64,000 bases of DNA, from positions 32,001 to 96,000 of the IMG/VR virus record IMGVR_UViG_3300032304_003098, one strand, 5' to 3'. This stretch comes from a virus. The position numbers and the translations under genes are program-made. The notes under the pieces are model-generated. The model searched no databases. It worked only from the letters and a program-made list of their open reading frames with translations, and was not told the DNA's origin. Shown here one piece after another: positions 1 through 9,495 of the stretch; the stretch's first letter is position 1, and each line of letters opens with the position of its first letter.

Positions 1-780
1 CGCTTGAAGTTTGTCATCCCAGTCGGAACCCAATCCGCCCAGAAAGCGATGCAAACCTTGGGTCAACTTATGTCTCAGTACAAGGAGGAAATTCAAATTA
101 ACGATACTTCCGGTGAATTAACAGTAAACGGAGCACCCAAGATTCAATTTTATAAAAATTATTTGTTCCCTGAAAAGGACGGAGAAAGCCCAGACATCAA
201 CACATTAAATCCCAATGGTCCTGATTTCAATGTGATGGAAAATGTTGTGTATTTTTACAATAAATTGAAATTAGATTCGAAGATCCCCTATGCTAGGTTT
301 GCTTCCCGTAGTGGACCAGCTACCTATCAAATTTCTATCGATCAGTTGGAGAGGGATGAAATTAGATATGAAAAATTTGTAACCCGCCTGAGATCAGTCT
401 TTCAAGAGCTTTTGGTTAAACCTCTGTACATTCAAACCTGTTTAGATTTTCCAGCTTTATCTGAAGATAGATCTTTCAAAGTAAATTTGGGGTTAAATTT
501 TGTGAAGGAAAATGTCTTTGAACAACTCATTATGTTGTCCAATTACACCAAAAGAACTGCTTTCATAACAGCTTTAGGTGACATGAAACAAAGAATAGGA
601 GAGGAAGAAATTCCCTATTTCGATAAAGAATGGCTGATTAAAAGGTGGCTAGGTTTAAGTATGGACGAATATAGGGCCAATGAAAAATACAAAGAGGAAG
701 AAAAGAAAAGAGCAGAAAAAGATAAGAAGAACAAGAAGCCAGAGGGAGCAGAAGGAGGAGCACCGGAATTCACTCTTTAA
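1..780 (+). CDS. gp20: Portal protein, T4 gp20-like (C-terminal part; start lies upstream of window)
   Basis: YFYNKLKLDSKIPYARF and RDEIRYEKFVTRLRSVFQELL match gp20 C-terminal motifs; frame open from base 1. Confidence 0.88.
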   Translation, partial: RLKFVIPVGTQSAQKAMQTLGQLMSQYKEEIQINDTSGELTVNGAPKIQFYKNYLFPEKDGESPDINTLNPNGPDFNVMENVVYFYNKLKLDSKIPYARFASRSGPATYQISIDQLERDEIRYEKFVTRLRSVFQELLVKPLYIQTCLDFPALSEDRSFKVNLGLNFVKENVFEQLIMLSNYTKRTAFITALGDMKQRIGEEEIPYFDKEWLIKRWLGLSMDEYRANEKYKEEEKKRAEKDKKNKKPEGAEGGAPEFTL

Positions 781-790
781 ATTAGTATAG

Positions 791-1768
791 ATGGAATTCA
801 AAAATTTATTTTCTACTAAAAAAATTCTAGTAGTTGGGGATTCTATTTTAGATCACTATGTGTATGGAAAGGTGCACAGGATATCGCCAGAAGCTCCTGT
901 TCCTGTTGTGTTGAAGAGTGAGGAAGAATTTTTTCTAGGCGGAGCTGCTAACGTGGCCCAGAATATTACAGCCTTTGGAGCCCAGTGTACTTTGTTATCC
1001 TTAACTGGGCTCGATTTAGAGAGGGATATATTATCCCAAAAGTGTTTTGAACAAAATATAAATCCGGTTTTTATAGTAGATGAAAGTAGACCCACAACTA
1101 AAAAAACAAGGGTGTTGGGGAACAAACACCAAATTGTAAGAATCGATCACGAGAAAACACACGGATTGTCTGTTGGATTAAGTCTTAAAGTATCCCAAAT
1201 TTTCGAAAATGAAATTCTAAACCATGACGGGGTTATTTTTCAAGACTATGGTAAAGGTTTGCTAACTAGAGATTTACTGAAGCTTTTAATTCAAATTTCA
1301 CAAAAACACAATCGACAAATTTTAGTAGATCCCAAAGAACCTGATCTTTTTAGATACCAAGGAGTTTCTTATATCAAACCAAATTTGAATGAGTTCAAGT
1401 CCATGCTAAATTTGAAAATCGAAGAAGAGTTGGAAATTCCTCAAATCGTAGATTATGCTCAAAAAGCATTGAGTGATTTTGATTATGAATGTTTTCTCAT
1501 CACCTTGTCAGAACGTGGAATTTTGGTGGTTAAAAAAGACTTCTGGCACCACGTACCTGGCATCAAAGTGGATGTTTCTGATGTGTCTGGGGCTGGTGAC
1601 ACAGTCAGTGCAGTATTTGCTTTGGGAATTTTTGCTGGACTAAGAAAGCCTATTTCTGAGTTGGAACTTGTCCAAATTGCAGAGTCGGCAAATTTGGCTG
1701 GATCTCTAGTTTGCAGACACCTGGGGGCGGTGCCAGTTGACCCTGTTGAATTATTTAATTACCCTTAA
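791..1768 (+). CDS. hldA: D-glycero-D-manno-heptose-7-phosphate kinase (HldE/RfaE kinase domain only, PfkB family)
   Basis: ILVVGDSILDHYVYGKVHRISPEAPVPVV, GGAANVA, DYGKG, DVSGAGDTV. Confidence 0.93.
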   Translation: MEFKNLFSTKKILVVGDSILDHYVYGKVHRISPEAPVPVVLKSEEEFFLGGAANVAQNITAFGAQCTLLSLTGLDLERDILSQKCFEQNINPVFIVDESRPTTKKTRVLGNKHQIVRIDHEKTHGLSVGLSLKVSQIFENEILNHDGVIFQDYGKGLLTRDLLKLLIQISQKHNRQILVDPKEPDLFRYQGVSYIKPNLNEFKSMLNLKIEEELEIPQIVDYAQKALSDFDYECFLITLSERGILVVKKDFWHHVPGIKVDVSDVSGAGDTVSAVFALGIFAGLRKPISELELVQIAESANLAGSLVCRHLGAVPVDPVELFNYP

Positions 1769-1830
1769 AAAATTTCAAAATTTTCTAAATTTTATTTTTT
1801 TTATTCGAATTTTAGTTCTATATTTACATC

Positions 1831-3180
1831 ATGAAAAACGAACTAAAAGTACTTGCACAAGTGGAGCTTCTCACTGGTAATGGCTCCCAGAAAGAAAAAC
1901 AAAGGTTGATTTCGGAATCTCTTTCAGAAGAGATGCTGTATATCCTAGACGTTTGTTTTAATCCTTTCGTCACCACCAAATTACACAAGCTAGAAATCGA
2001 AAAAAATCGGGGTTTAATCCCCCCTGTTTCTTTTCCAGGATTTACGGTTTTCAAAGATCTGATTGAGGATCTAAAAAAAGCTCCTGCCGCTAATGACTCT
2101 TTGAGACAAAGAGCAAATTTTTTGATTAACACCCAACTGGACGAAGATCCTAATACGGACCTTGTTTTGAGGGATATTCTAATGAAAATCCTGACCAAAA
2201 GAATGAATATAGGAATTGGTGCCAAGCTGATTAACAAAGCAGTTGGCAGTGAATTAATTCCAGATCCTTCTTTGATGTTAGCTTCTGACGATCAAAAAGA
2301 GGTGTCAGGATGGAGCAAGATTTACTGCGAGGAAAAGTATGACGGCGTTCGTGTTATTGCGGTGGGCAATAGAGAATCTGGTTTTCAATTTTACACCCGT
2401 GCTTTCAACGAACTGGACAAAACAAAACTTTCCCACATAGAAGCTGAGTTAGTCAAGATTCTACATGGAGCCAATATAATTTCTGATGTTTTCTTTGACG
2501 GAGAGCTCACTGACCTGAACAGAAAATCAGTCTCTGGAAAAGTAACCCAGATTCTGAAGGGGACTGCCCCCGATAATATTGATAAAGAATTTATTTTCAA
2601 TGTCTTTGATCTTGAAAAATCGGAAGTTTTAAAGTCAGGCAAAGGGAATACACCTTTCACCAAAAGAAGGCAAGAACTAGAATTTCTAAGTTCTTTTTTA
2701 TCACCCACTGGACCTGTAAAATTGGCCCGGCAGTGGGTCGTTGATTCCTTTGAAGAAACTCAGTCTATCTACGGTTTGATTGTTTCTATGGGAGGAGAAG
2801 GTGTTATTCTCAAGCCAGGAGATCACGTCTATGAGTGTAAGCGCAGTAAGAGCTGGGTAAAATTAAAACAAATTCAAGACTGTGATTTGGAAATAACTGG
2901 CTGGTACCCAGGAGAAGGCAAAAGAGAAGGTTTTATTGGAGGGTTTATTTGTACAGATGCCTCTAGAACTCTAGAGGTCAAAATTGGTTCAGGCTTCACC
3001 GATCTTGATTTAAAAACACTAAGTTTAAATCCAAACGAATGGATTGGTAAAGTAGCAGCAGTTCAGTTCAACGAACCCATCACCGATAAATTTGGCAACC
3101 GCAGTCTTTTTTTACCTCGATTTATCGAAATAAGGACTGACAAGAACCAAGCTGATGACATGACTTCTTTTTTTAAGTAA
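1831..3180 (+). CDS. lig: ATP-dependent DNA ligase
   Basis: EEKYDGVR adenylation motif, FFDGEL, EGVILK, WVKLK, GSGF, LFLPRF. Confidence 0.96.
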   Translation: MKNELKVLAQVELLTGNGSQKEKQRLISESLSEEMLYILDVCFNPFVTTKLHKLEIEKNRGLIPPVSFPGFTVFKDLIEDLKKAPAANDSLRQRANFLINTQLDEDPNTDLVLRDILMKILTKRMNIGIGAKLINKAVGSELIPDPSLMLASDDQKEVSGWSKIYCEEKYDGVRVIAVGNRESGFQFYTRAFNELDKTKLSHIEAELVKILHGANIISDVFFDGELTDLNRKSVSGKVTQILKGTAPDNIDKEFIFNVFDLEKSEVLKSGKGNTPFTKRRQELEFLSSFLSPTGPVKLARQWVVDSFEETQSIYGLIVSMGGEGVILKPGDHVYECKRSKSWVKLKQIQDCDLEITGWYPGEGKREGFIGGFICTDASRTLEVKIGSGFTDLDLKTLSLNPNEWIGKVAAVQFNEPITDKFGNRSLFLPRFIEIRTDKNQADDMTSFFK

Positions 3181-3183
3181 GAG

Positions 3184-3211
3184 GAAACCTTTAGCCGAAT
3201 TTTCATAAAAT
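3184..3211 (+). promoter_or_regulatory. Candidate GAAAC-N16-TAAAAT (ECF-like/middle) promoter
   Basis: GAAACC 3184-3189, TAAAAT 3206-3211 upstream of clamp loader; similar pairs at 7745, 26225, 29070. Confidence 0.4.
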
Positions 3212-3226
3212 TTAAAAGAAAGAACC

Positions 3227-4177
3227 ATGGTCAATCAACTACTGACTGAAAAGCTCAGGCCCCAGGAATTAAAACATATGATTTTACCGGACCGAATCCG
3301 TAATTTATTCGACGGAAAACCTTTGGCACAGAATGTTTTGCTGGCAGGATCGCCTGGATGTGGTAAAACCACTCTAGCCAAAATCTTAGCAGCAAATTCC
3401 CCACACCTCTTCATCAACGTATCCGATGAGAGCTCAGTCGACGTCATCCGAACAAAAATTAATGATTTTTGTTCCACCTTAAGTATTATGGATGGTAAAT
3501 CTGCCTTGAAAGTTGTTATTTTAGATGAGTTTGATGGTGCCTCAGATCAATTTTACAAAGCTTTAAGAGGCACAATAGAAAAGTTTGCTAAGAATGCCAG
3601 GTTTGTAGCCACCTGTAATTGGATAGCCAAAGTCCCTGAGGCGATTCAGTCCAGATTCGAGGTTATAAATTTTGATCCGGCCAATTCCGAAGAGGAACAG
3701 GGTCTAAAAGAGGAATGGAGAAAAAGAATTACCTTGATTTTGAACAAGCTTTCTATCTCTATCGACGAAGAGGCTTTAGATGTTTTTGAAAGAGATTTTT
3801 TTCCAGATTTAAGGTCCGCCTTAAATAAGATTCAAGCCTGGTCCATCGAAGGTTTAAAGAAAATTGATGCCAAAAAGATAAAGGATTCTTCTTATTCCCA
3901 CGAAGAGCTTTATCATTTAATTTGTAAGGGAAAAAATCCAATTGAAAATTATCAATTCGTCGTGTCTCAGTATTCCGGTAAAGTAGACAGCGTTATGTTG
4001 GCCTTGGGAAATGAATTTGTGGGGTGGGTCCAACACAATCGTCCTGACTTAAGCCAAATTATTCCATCAGTGATTGTGATGGTCGCTGAACACCAGGCCC
4101 AAAGAATGTTGGTTATTGACCCAATAGTTTCACTCTTGGCTTTGGTGTATAAAATTCAAAAACAAATTCAAGCATGA
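3227..4177 (+). CDS. gp44: Sliding-clamp loader AAA+ subunit (T4 gp44/RFC-like)
   Basis: EKLRP, Walker A GSPGCGKTT, Walker B ILDEFD, AIQSRF. Confidence 0.93.
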   Translation: MVNQLLTEKLRPQELKHMILPDRIRNLFDGKPLAQNVLLAGSPGCGKTTLAKILAANSPHLFINVSDESSVDVIRTKINDFCSTLSIMDGKSALKVVILDEFDGASDQFYKALRGTIEKFAKNARFVATCNWIAKVPEAIQSRFEVINFDPANSEEEQGLKEEWRKRITLILNKLSISIDEEALDVFERDFFPDLRSALNKIQAWSIEGLKKIDAKKIKDSSYSHEELYHLICKGKNPIENYQFVVSQYSGKVDSVMLALGNEFVGWVQHNRPDLSQIIPSVIVMVAEHQAQRMLVIDPIVSLLALVYKIQKQIQA

Positions 4178-4488
4178 TAGAATTACTTCCGGACGAAATT
4201 AAAAGAAATACATTTATCTACCGACTTGTAAAAAGAGGAGAAAAAGCCATGATGTACGAACAGTTCAGTTTGGACGCTCAAAAGGTTATTGCATGGGAAG
4301 TATTTAAAAGAAAGATTGATCCGCCAAAAGAGGTGTTTGGAGTTCAGCTGGGAGAAAGAGAAATATTTCCTGGTAATGAAGATTTTGGCAAGTGGGCTTG
4401 GTCTCCATTTGATTTAGAGAGAGCAGAATATATTTTCTCCCAACTAGAACAGGGTTTAAGTCACAAAAAAGATGATGGAGATGAATGA
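4174..4488 (+). CDS. Hypothetical protein
   Basis: 104 aa ORF, ATGA overlap with gp44 stop. Confidence 0.8.
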   Translation: MIELLPDEIKRNTFIYRLVKRGEKAMMYEQFSLDAQKVIAWEVFKRKIDPPKEVFGVQLGEREIFPGNEDFGKWAWSPFDLERAEYIFSQLEQGLSHKKDDGDE

Positions 4489-5122
4489 ATTTGACTCAGA
4501 GGGTAAAATCAATTACAATCAGAATTTATTTCACGAAGAGCCCAGCTTTGAGACTGTGTACGCCTCTAGTTTGTTTTTCACAAAAAAAATTAAAAGATTA
4601 ATTTTGTGTGGAAAGGGTGGATCTGGAAAGGATCATCTGCGTCAAATATTGGAACAAAGGGGTTTTAAATATTGTGTTTCTCACACAACCCGTCCACGTA
4701 GAACAAATGAAGAGCAAGACAAAGACTACTTTTTCGTGGAAAATCTAAAAGATTTTGAAATTCTGAAAGGTATGTTTGAAAGAAAAGAATTTTACGAGGT
4801 CAATCTTTTTGCTGGCTGGATTTATGGGACTTCCATACAGGAATTCAATTCGAGCAATTTGATGATTCTGACCCCTTCTGGTATTTCTAATCTTAAACCA
4901 GAGGACAGAGAAGAATCTTTCGTTCTATTTCTAGACATAGATCAAAGAATCAGAAAATCCAGACTCTCTGCCAGAAAAGATGTGGATAGCGTGGAAAGAA
5001 GATTAAAAACTGACGAAGAAGATTTTGCAAATTTTTCGAATTTCGATTTCAAAATATGCGATCCTAATTTCCAAGTAGGCTCAGAAATTTGGTTTGACTT
5101 AAGTTATTATCAACATGATTAA
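4472..5122 (+). CDS. gmk: Guanylate kinase-like protein (start may be 4481)
   Basis: GKGGSGKD, VSHTTRPRR.NE...DY.F, YGTS. Confidence 0.88.
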   Translation: MMEMNEFDSEGKINYNQNLFHEEPSFETVYASSLFFTKKIKRLILCGKGGSGKDHLRQILEQRGFKYCVSHTTRPRRTNEEQDKDYFFVENLKDFEILKGMFERKEFYEVNLFAGWIYGTSIQEFNSSNLMILTPSGISNLKPEDREESFVLFLDIDQRIRKSRLSARKDVDSVERRLKTDEEDFANFSNFDFKICDPNFQVGSEIWFDLSYYQHD

Positions 5123-6248
5123 TATTTTAATTGATGGCAATTATTTGCTGCATAAAACTTTTGGTATTTTTGGTGGTTATGGTGCCAAGGATCCAGCAGA
5201 GGTTTTGAAAACCAAGAATGAACAAGCCATGTTTATTCGAAAAGTTGCAACAGACCTTTGTGCAGCTTTAAGAGAACTTCCTACTGGGGGAAGATTGGTT
5301 TTTACGGCAGATTCTAGAAGTTGGAGAAAAGACATTGAAATCGAGGGCGGAGGTTACAAGTCCAACAGAGTCAAGGATGAGACAGTAGATTGGTCTATCT
5401 TTTTCAACCTCCTTGATTCTTTTGGCAAACAACTGGAAAAAATGGGATTTATTTACTCTCGGGCTAATGGTGCGGAGGGTGACGATTTATTGTATTTTTG
5501 GGCAGACTATTTCACTACCAAAGGTCAAGATTGCATTATTATCTCTGGAGACAAGGATTTACATCAACTTGCCCGCTGGAAAGGTGACAATTGGACTTTG
5601 GTTTGGAGCAACAATTCAAAAAACAATGTTGTTTCTTGCCCTGAAAAATGGAAAGAAGATTGGTTGGACCATCAGCCGCAGGTTTCCATTTTTGAAATGT
5701 CAGAATCAGCACAGCCAGATAAAACAAAAATGAAAAAGTGGATTGAGAAACTTCTTTTAAATCCAATCACTCCTCGGGATTTTGTTTTTGTTAAAATGTT
5801 AATTGGTGACGATGGTGATGCCGTTCCTGGAGTTTGGAACTTTGAAGCAACTCCAGGTAAAATCTCTAGAATGACCCCAAAAAAGGCAGAACAGCTGATG
5901 GAATCCCTTCATCAATCGAAGTGGGCACAAATTTCTTTTCGTGAATTGCTGGAAGATGTGGAATTTTTGGATTGGGCTGGGGGTTATATCATGAGACTGA
6001 TGAAAGATTTAGACTCCAAAGAAAACAGAGAGAAAGCATCCAGAAATCTGAAAAGAAATTATCAGCTCATGTGGTTAGATAAAGTCGTTATTCCTGAATG
6101 GGTGGTCTCGAATGTGCTGGCTGAAATTAAAAGGGGTATGAATTTAGACAGAAGACCAGTCACCTTAGATCGAATTAAAATTCTAGAAGGCACGGAGTGG
6201 GTTACAGTTACCTCTATTCCTAAAATGTACAATCCATTTCCCGATTAA
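5115..6248 (+). CDS. rnh: 5'-3' exonuclease / T4 RNase H (FEN family)
   Basis: LIDGN, SWRK...YKSNR, EGDD, ISGDKDLHQL, GDDGDAVPG. Confidence 0.9.
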   Translation: MINILIDGNYLLHKTFGIFGGYGAKDPAEVLKTKNEQAMFIRKVATDLCAALRELPTGGRLVFTADSRSWRKDIEIEGGGYKSNRVKDETVDWSIFFNLLDSFGKQLEKMGFIYSRANGAEGDDLLYFWADYFTTKGQDCIIISGDKDLHQLARWKGDNWTLVWSNNSKNNVVSCPEKWKEDWLDHQPQVSIFEMSESAQPDKTKMKKWIEKLLLNPITPRDFVFVKMLIGDDGDAVPGVWNFEATPGKISRMTPKKAEQLMESLHQSKWAQISFRELLEDVEFLDWAGGYIMRLMKDLDSKENREKASRNLKRNYQLMWLDKVVIPEWVVSNVLAEIKRGMNLDRRPVTLDRIKILEGTEWVTVTSIPKMYNPFPD

Positions 6249-6250
6249 AC

Positions 6251-6685
6251 ATGGAACTCTTTGATGTCGTTAAGGCCATCTTCGGTCCAGAAAAAACGTG
6301 GAACTCTGTAGGTAAGGCAGATAAGACCCGAAATTTTTTTATGGTCAATAGGATTATGTCGATCCAATTTCCTCTTCAAGCCCAAGAATTCAATCATACT
6401 AAAATTGTTCCTGATCTAGTGGTAAACTGGTGGAGATCTGCTTTATCGCCCAAATTCAACAAAGCTCCAGGGTGGATATCTACATCCACCTCCAAAAAAG
6501 AAGGCAATAAATCTACCCAGAAAATTAAAAACTTCGAAGTGGTAGAGGATTTTATTAGGACCAGGTATCAAATTAGCAAAAGGGAACTGCAAGAAATGAA
6601 ACAATTCTTTCCCGAACAATATCATGATTGGCTAAAATCATTGTCCCAACAATTGGGAACAGAAAATATAAAAGCCGATATATAA
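6251..6685 (+). CDS. Probable clamp loader small subunit (gp62-like)
   Basis: FFMVNRIMS...AQEFN...W..T...YQISKRE resembles the gp62 pattern; size and proximity to gp44. Confidence 0.55.
   Translation: MELFDVVKAIFGPEKTWNSVGKADKTRNFFMVNRIMSIQFPLQAQEFNHTKIVPDLVVNWWRSALSPKFNKAPGWISTSTSKKEGNKSTQKIKNFEVVEDFIRTRYQISKRELQEMKQFFPEQYHDWLKSLSQQLGTENIKADI
6677..6684 (+). promoter_or_regulatory. Putative late promoter GATATATA
   Basis: 23 nt before ATG 6708. Confidence 0.6.
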
Positions 6686-6707
6686 GAAGAAAAATAACCA
6701 CGTTGCC

Positions 6708-7238
6708 ATGGAGAAAGGAATTCAAAAAATTGTTGATAAGCTGGTTCAAAGTTTGGATTGGAATTCTATTTTGATGATCCATAAAGCATTTAAACACGGG
6801 ATAGGCCAAGGCAGCGAAGTTATTCCTGGTTTGAAAAGGAAAAATTACGACCAAAATTTAGAGGTTAAAGATCTTAAACATGAACTCAAAACCATTCTCA
6901 AATATGTGGTCTTAAACGACTATCAAAGTTTCACCTATGGGAACTGGATCGTGTCTTGGTACAACCAAGAATGGAACCAAGACACCGTCATCGAAACACT
7001 AAGTCAAGAGGACGAAGAAATTGAATTCGAAGTTGAATTACCAAACACCAGGTTAGAGGTAATTTATGCTCCTCAAAGAATTTGTATTTCTGTGGACACA
7101 GGTAGTGCCCCATCCGGGGTTTCGGATCTTGACACTTTAAAAGCCATGTTGGAAAATGCTTTGGCCGAAGAAAATTATGAGATGGCCCAAAAAATTCAAG
7201 ACATCCTGAAGATGTCACACAAATCCGAAGAAATTTAG
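6708..7238 (+). CDS. Hypothetical protein with C-terminal UVR (UvrB/C) motif
   Basis: LKAMLENALAEENYEMAQKIQD. Confidence 0.7.
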   Translation: MEKGIQKIVDKLVQSLDWNSILMIHKAFKHGIGQGSEVIPGLKRKNYDQNLEVKDLKHELKTILKYVVLNDYQSFTYGNWIVSWYNQEWNQDTVIETLSQEDEEIEFEVELPNTRLEVIYAPQRICISVDTGSAPSGVSDLDTLKAMLENALAEENYEMAQKIQDILKMSHKSEEI

Positions 7239-7261
7239 ATACATAGAAAAAACAGTTTTCT

Positions 7262-7744
7262 TTGAAACACATTCTTACCCTCAACGAATTTTTTGACACC
7301 GGAGTTTTTGGTGATACCTATGGGTATGGTGGGGCAAACGGCATTTTCAAGGTTCAATATAAACCTTATAAAGATTTGTCCGTTTCTGTAGGACCTGATC
7401 CTAGAGTTCCTAGAAACATCCCAGGCTCAAAATTCCAGGTGGGAGATATTGTCCTTGGAGTACCCATTAATGATGATAAGAAGGTGGCCGGCATGGTCGT
7501 TAAAAATATTTTGGCCCCAGATCACAAATCATATCGTTTTTTTGTTCAGATCCACACCAAAGGTAAGAAGGATCAAAAAGTTTTAGAGCTAAAGCCAGAC
7601 ACGGTAGAATTTGTAGATATGGGAGACAAAGGGCATCGACAGGTTGTATCTCAATATAAATTTAACGATATGCCCGGTGATGCTTATAATTCTAAAACAG
7701 TTTATACAAATCCTGGTTTGGGGATCGAAGCGGTGGGAAGCTGA
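7262..7744 (+). CDS. Putative internal head protein (TTG start)
   Basis: N-terminal MKHILTLNEF; GATACATA at 7238-7245. Confidence 0.65.
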   Translation: MKHILTLNEFFDTGVFGDTYGYGGANGIFKVQYKPYKDLSVSVGPDPRVPRNIPGSKFQVGDIVLGVPINDDKKVAGMVVKNILAPDHKSYRFFVQIHTKGKKDQKVLELKPDTVEFVDMGDKGHRQVVSQYKFNDMPGDAYNSKTVYTNPGLGIEAVGS

Positions 7745-7778
7745 GAAACTTTTACTGTTCTCCTGTGTACAGCACAGG

Positions 7779-8660
7779 ATGATTTTAAGCAAAACCCCAC
7801 ACAAATTAGGTTCTATTGCTGGAAATTTCAAGTTCACGAAGAACGATGAAGTTTCTCCTAGCCAATTTTTACAATTTCTGTCGGATACCATCGGCAGACA
7901 CGTCAAAAACGGGATAGATGTCACTTGTTTCCAATTAACCGAAGCAGATTACAATTTGCCAGATTTTTCCAATTTGGAAGAAGGTCATTCAGATTTAAAC
8001 CTTCTAGATAATTTAAGTCAAAATCTAAGAGTTCATTCCCACAGGATTTTATTTTTTCTATCTCAACATTTTTTTCTAGGTTCAAAGTTGCCAGATTCTG
8101 TCGAACAAACTCATGTGATGATAGGAAAACTTGCTTCTTTGATAGAGGGTTTGGGCATTTCTGAACCCTGTGTGCTACTCAGAGTAGGAAGTGCCTATGG
8201 TAACAGAAAAGAAACTGCCCAGAGATTTTGTGAAGAAATACAAAAATTTCCGATGTCTATCAGAAAAATGTTGGCCGTCACAAATGATGATAAGCCCTCT
8301 CTTTTTTCTGTAACTGATTTATTAGCTGGAGTTTTTTATCCTGTTAAAATTCCAATTTGTTTTAGATCTTTACCGCATCAATTTAATTCTGGTGGTCTAA
8401 ATTTTAGAGAGGCTTTATTTTTAAGTTGCTCTACTTGGGAATCTCCGCATAAGCCAATTTATTTTCACGGGGAAAGTTCTATTTTAGATGACAAAGGAAT
8501 TTCAATCTCCCCAAATCCATCTGTAAGATTATCCCACCGTATTCCAACTTTTGGTTTGGATGTGGATGTTGTGGTTGAATCACCAGATTCCTATAAAACT
8601 TGTATCCAATATTTGTCCGAACACAAATCTTTGATTCCTTTGATAATTCCAAAAATTTAA
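7779..8660 (+). CDS. uvsE: UV-damage endonuclease UvsE-like protein with degenerate active site
   Basis: VGSAYGNRKETAQRF, LAVTNDDKPSLFSVTDL, IPICF; ATG 7779 avoids overlap with upstream gene. Confidence 0.75.
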   Translation: MILSKTPHKLGSIAGNFKFTKNDEVSPSQFLQFLSDTIGRHVKNGIDVTCFQLTEADYNLPDFSNLEEGHSDLNLLDNLSQNLRVHSHRILFFLSQHFFLGSKLPDSVEQTHVMIGKLASLIEGLGISEPCVLLRVGSAYGNRKETAQRFCEEIQKFPMSIRKMLAVTNDDKPSLFSVTDLLAGVFYPVKIPICFRSLPHQFNSGGLNFREALFLSCSTWESPHKPIYFHGESSILDDKGISISPNPSVRLSHRIPTFGLDVDVVVESPDSYKTCIQYLSEHKSLIPLIIPKI

Positions 8661-8695
8661 GAATTTTATTGAATTAATTTGTTTATTTTTACGCC

Positions 8696-9493
8696 ATGCC
8701 AGAATTAGCAGAAGTCAGATTAACCGCGGAATATGTTCAAAAAATTTCGCAGGGTAAAATTTTTCATGGTGTTTGGAAAAACCCTCAGCATAAAGGAAAG
8801 GAATTCACTTTAGAATCTCCGTTTAAAATTCAAGCCACTTCCAGAGGAAAGGAAATGCTTTTGTTATTAGAAACCATGGAAGATTTTCCAGTTTCAACGA
8901 AGTCTAAAATTCTTTCTTTAAAAATGACTATGGGCATGTCTGGACATTTTAAATGGGCAGATCCAGGTTTGAGACCTAAACACACACATTTAAGTTTTCT
9001 TTCCTCTGAAGGAGAAGTGTGTTTCGTGGATGTAAGAAGATTTGGTAGATGGTCTTTCGAATCTTGGAATCCGGAACGAGGTCCAGATCCAACTAGAGAT
9101 TTTGAAGCATTTAAAATTCGTGTCTTATCAAATTTGAAATCAAAAGCATTCGAGAAACCTATCCATGAAGTTCTAATGAACCAAAAATTCTTCAACGGAA
9201 TTGGTAACTATTTAAGAGCTGAAATTTTATATCGTATTGACTCTAACCCCTTTGAGGCAGCTGGAGATTACATCACACAACATCCAATTATTTTAGATTT
9301 GTGTCGAGATTTACCTACCATAGCCTACACTCTCGGCGGGGGTAGAATTAAAGATTGGAAAAATCCAGACGGCAAAATCCCTACCAATTGGGATGAATTT
9401 ATGTTGTGCTACGGCAATCCTCTGATGTCTAAAATGACAGATAAAAATGATAGAACCTTTTGGTTTGATTCCAAATGGAATACAAAAAAATAA
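8696..9493 (+). CDS. nei: Fpg/Nei DNA glycosylase, NEIL1-like (zincless finger)
   Basis: MPELAEV, RGKE, GMSG, DVRRFG, H2TH NQKFFNGIGNYLRAEILYR, no 4-Cys finger. Confidence 0.95.
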   Translation: MPELAEVRLTAEYVQKISQGKIFHGVWKNPQHKGKEFTLESPFKIQATSRGKEMLLLLETMEDFPVSTKSKILSLKMTMGMSGHFKWADPGLRPKHTHLSFLSSEGEVCFVDVRRFGRWSFESWNPERGPDPTRDFEAFKIRVLSNLKSKAFEKPIHEVLMNQKFFNGIGNYLRAEILYRIDSNPFEAAGDYITQHPIILDLCRDLPTIAYTLGGGRIKDWKNPDGKIPTNWDEFMLCYGNPLMSKMTDKNDRTFWFDSKWNTKK

Positions 9494-9495
9494 AT

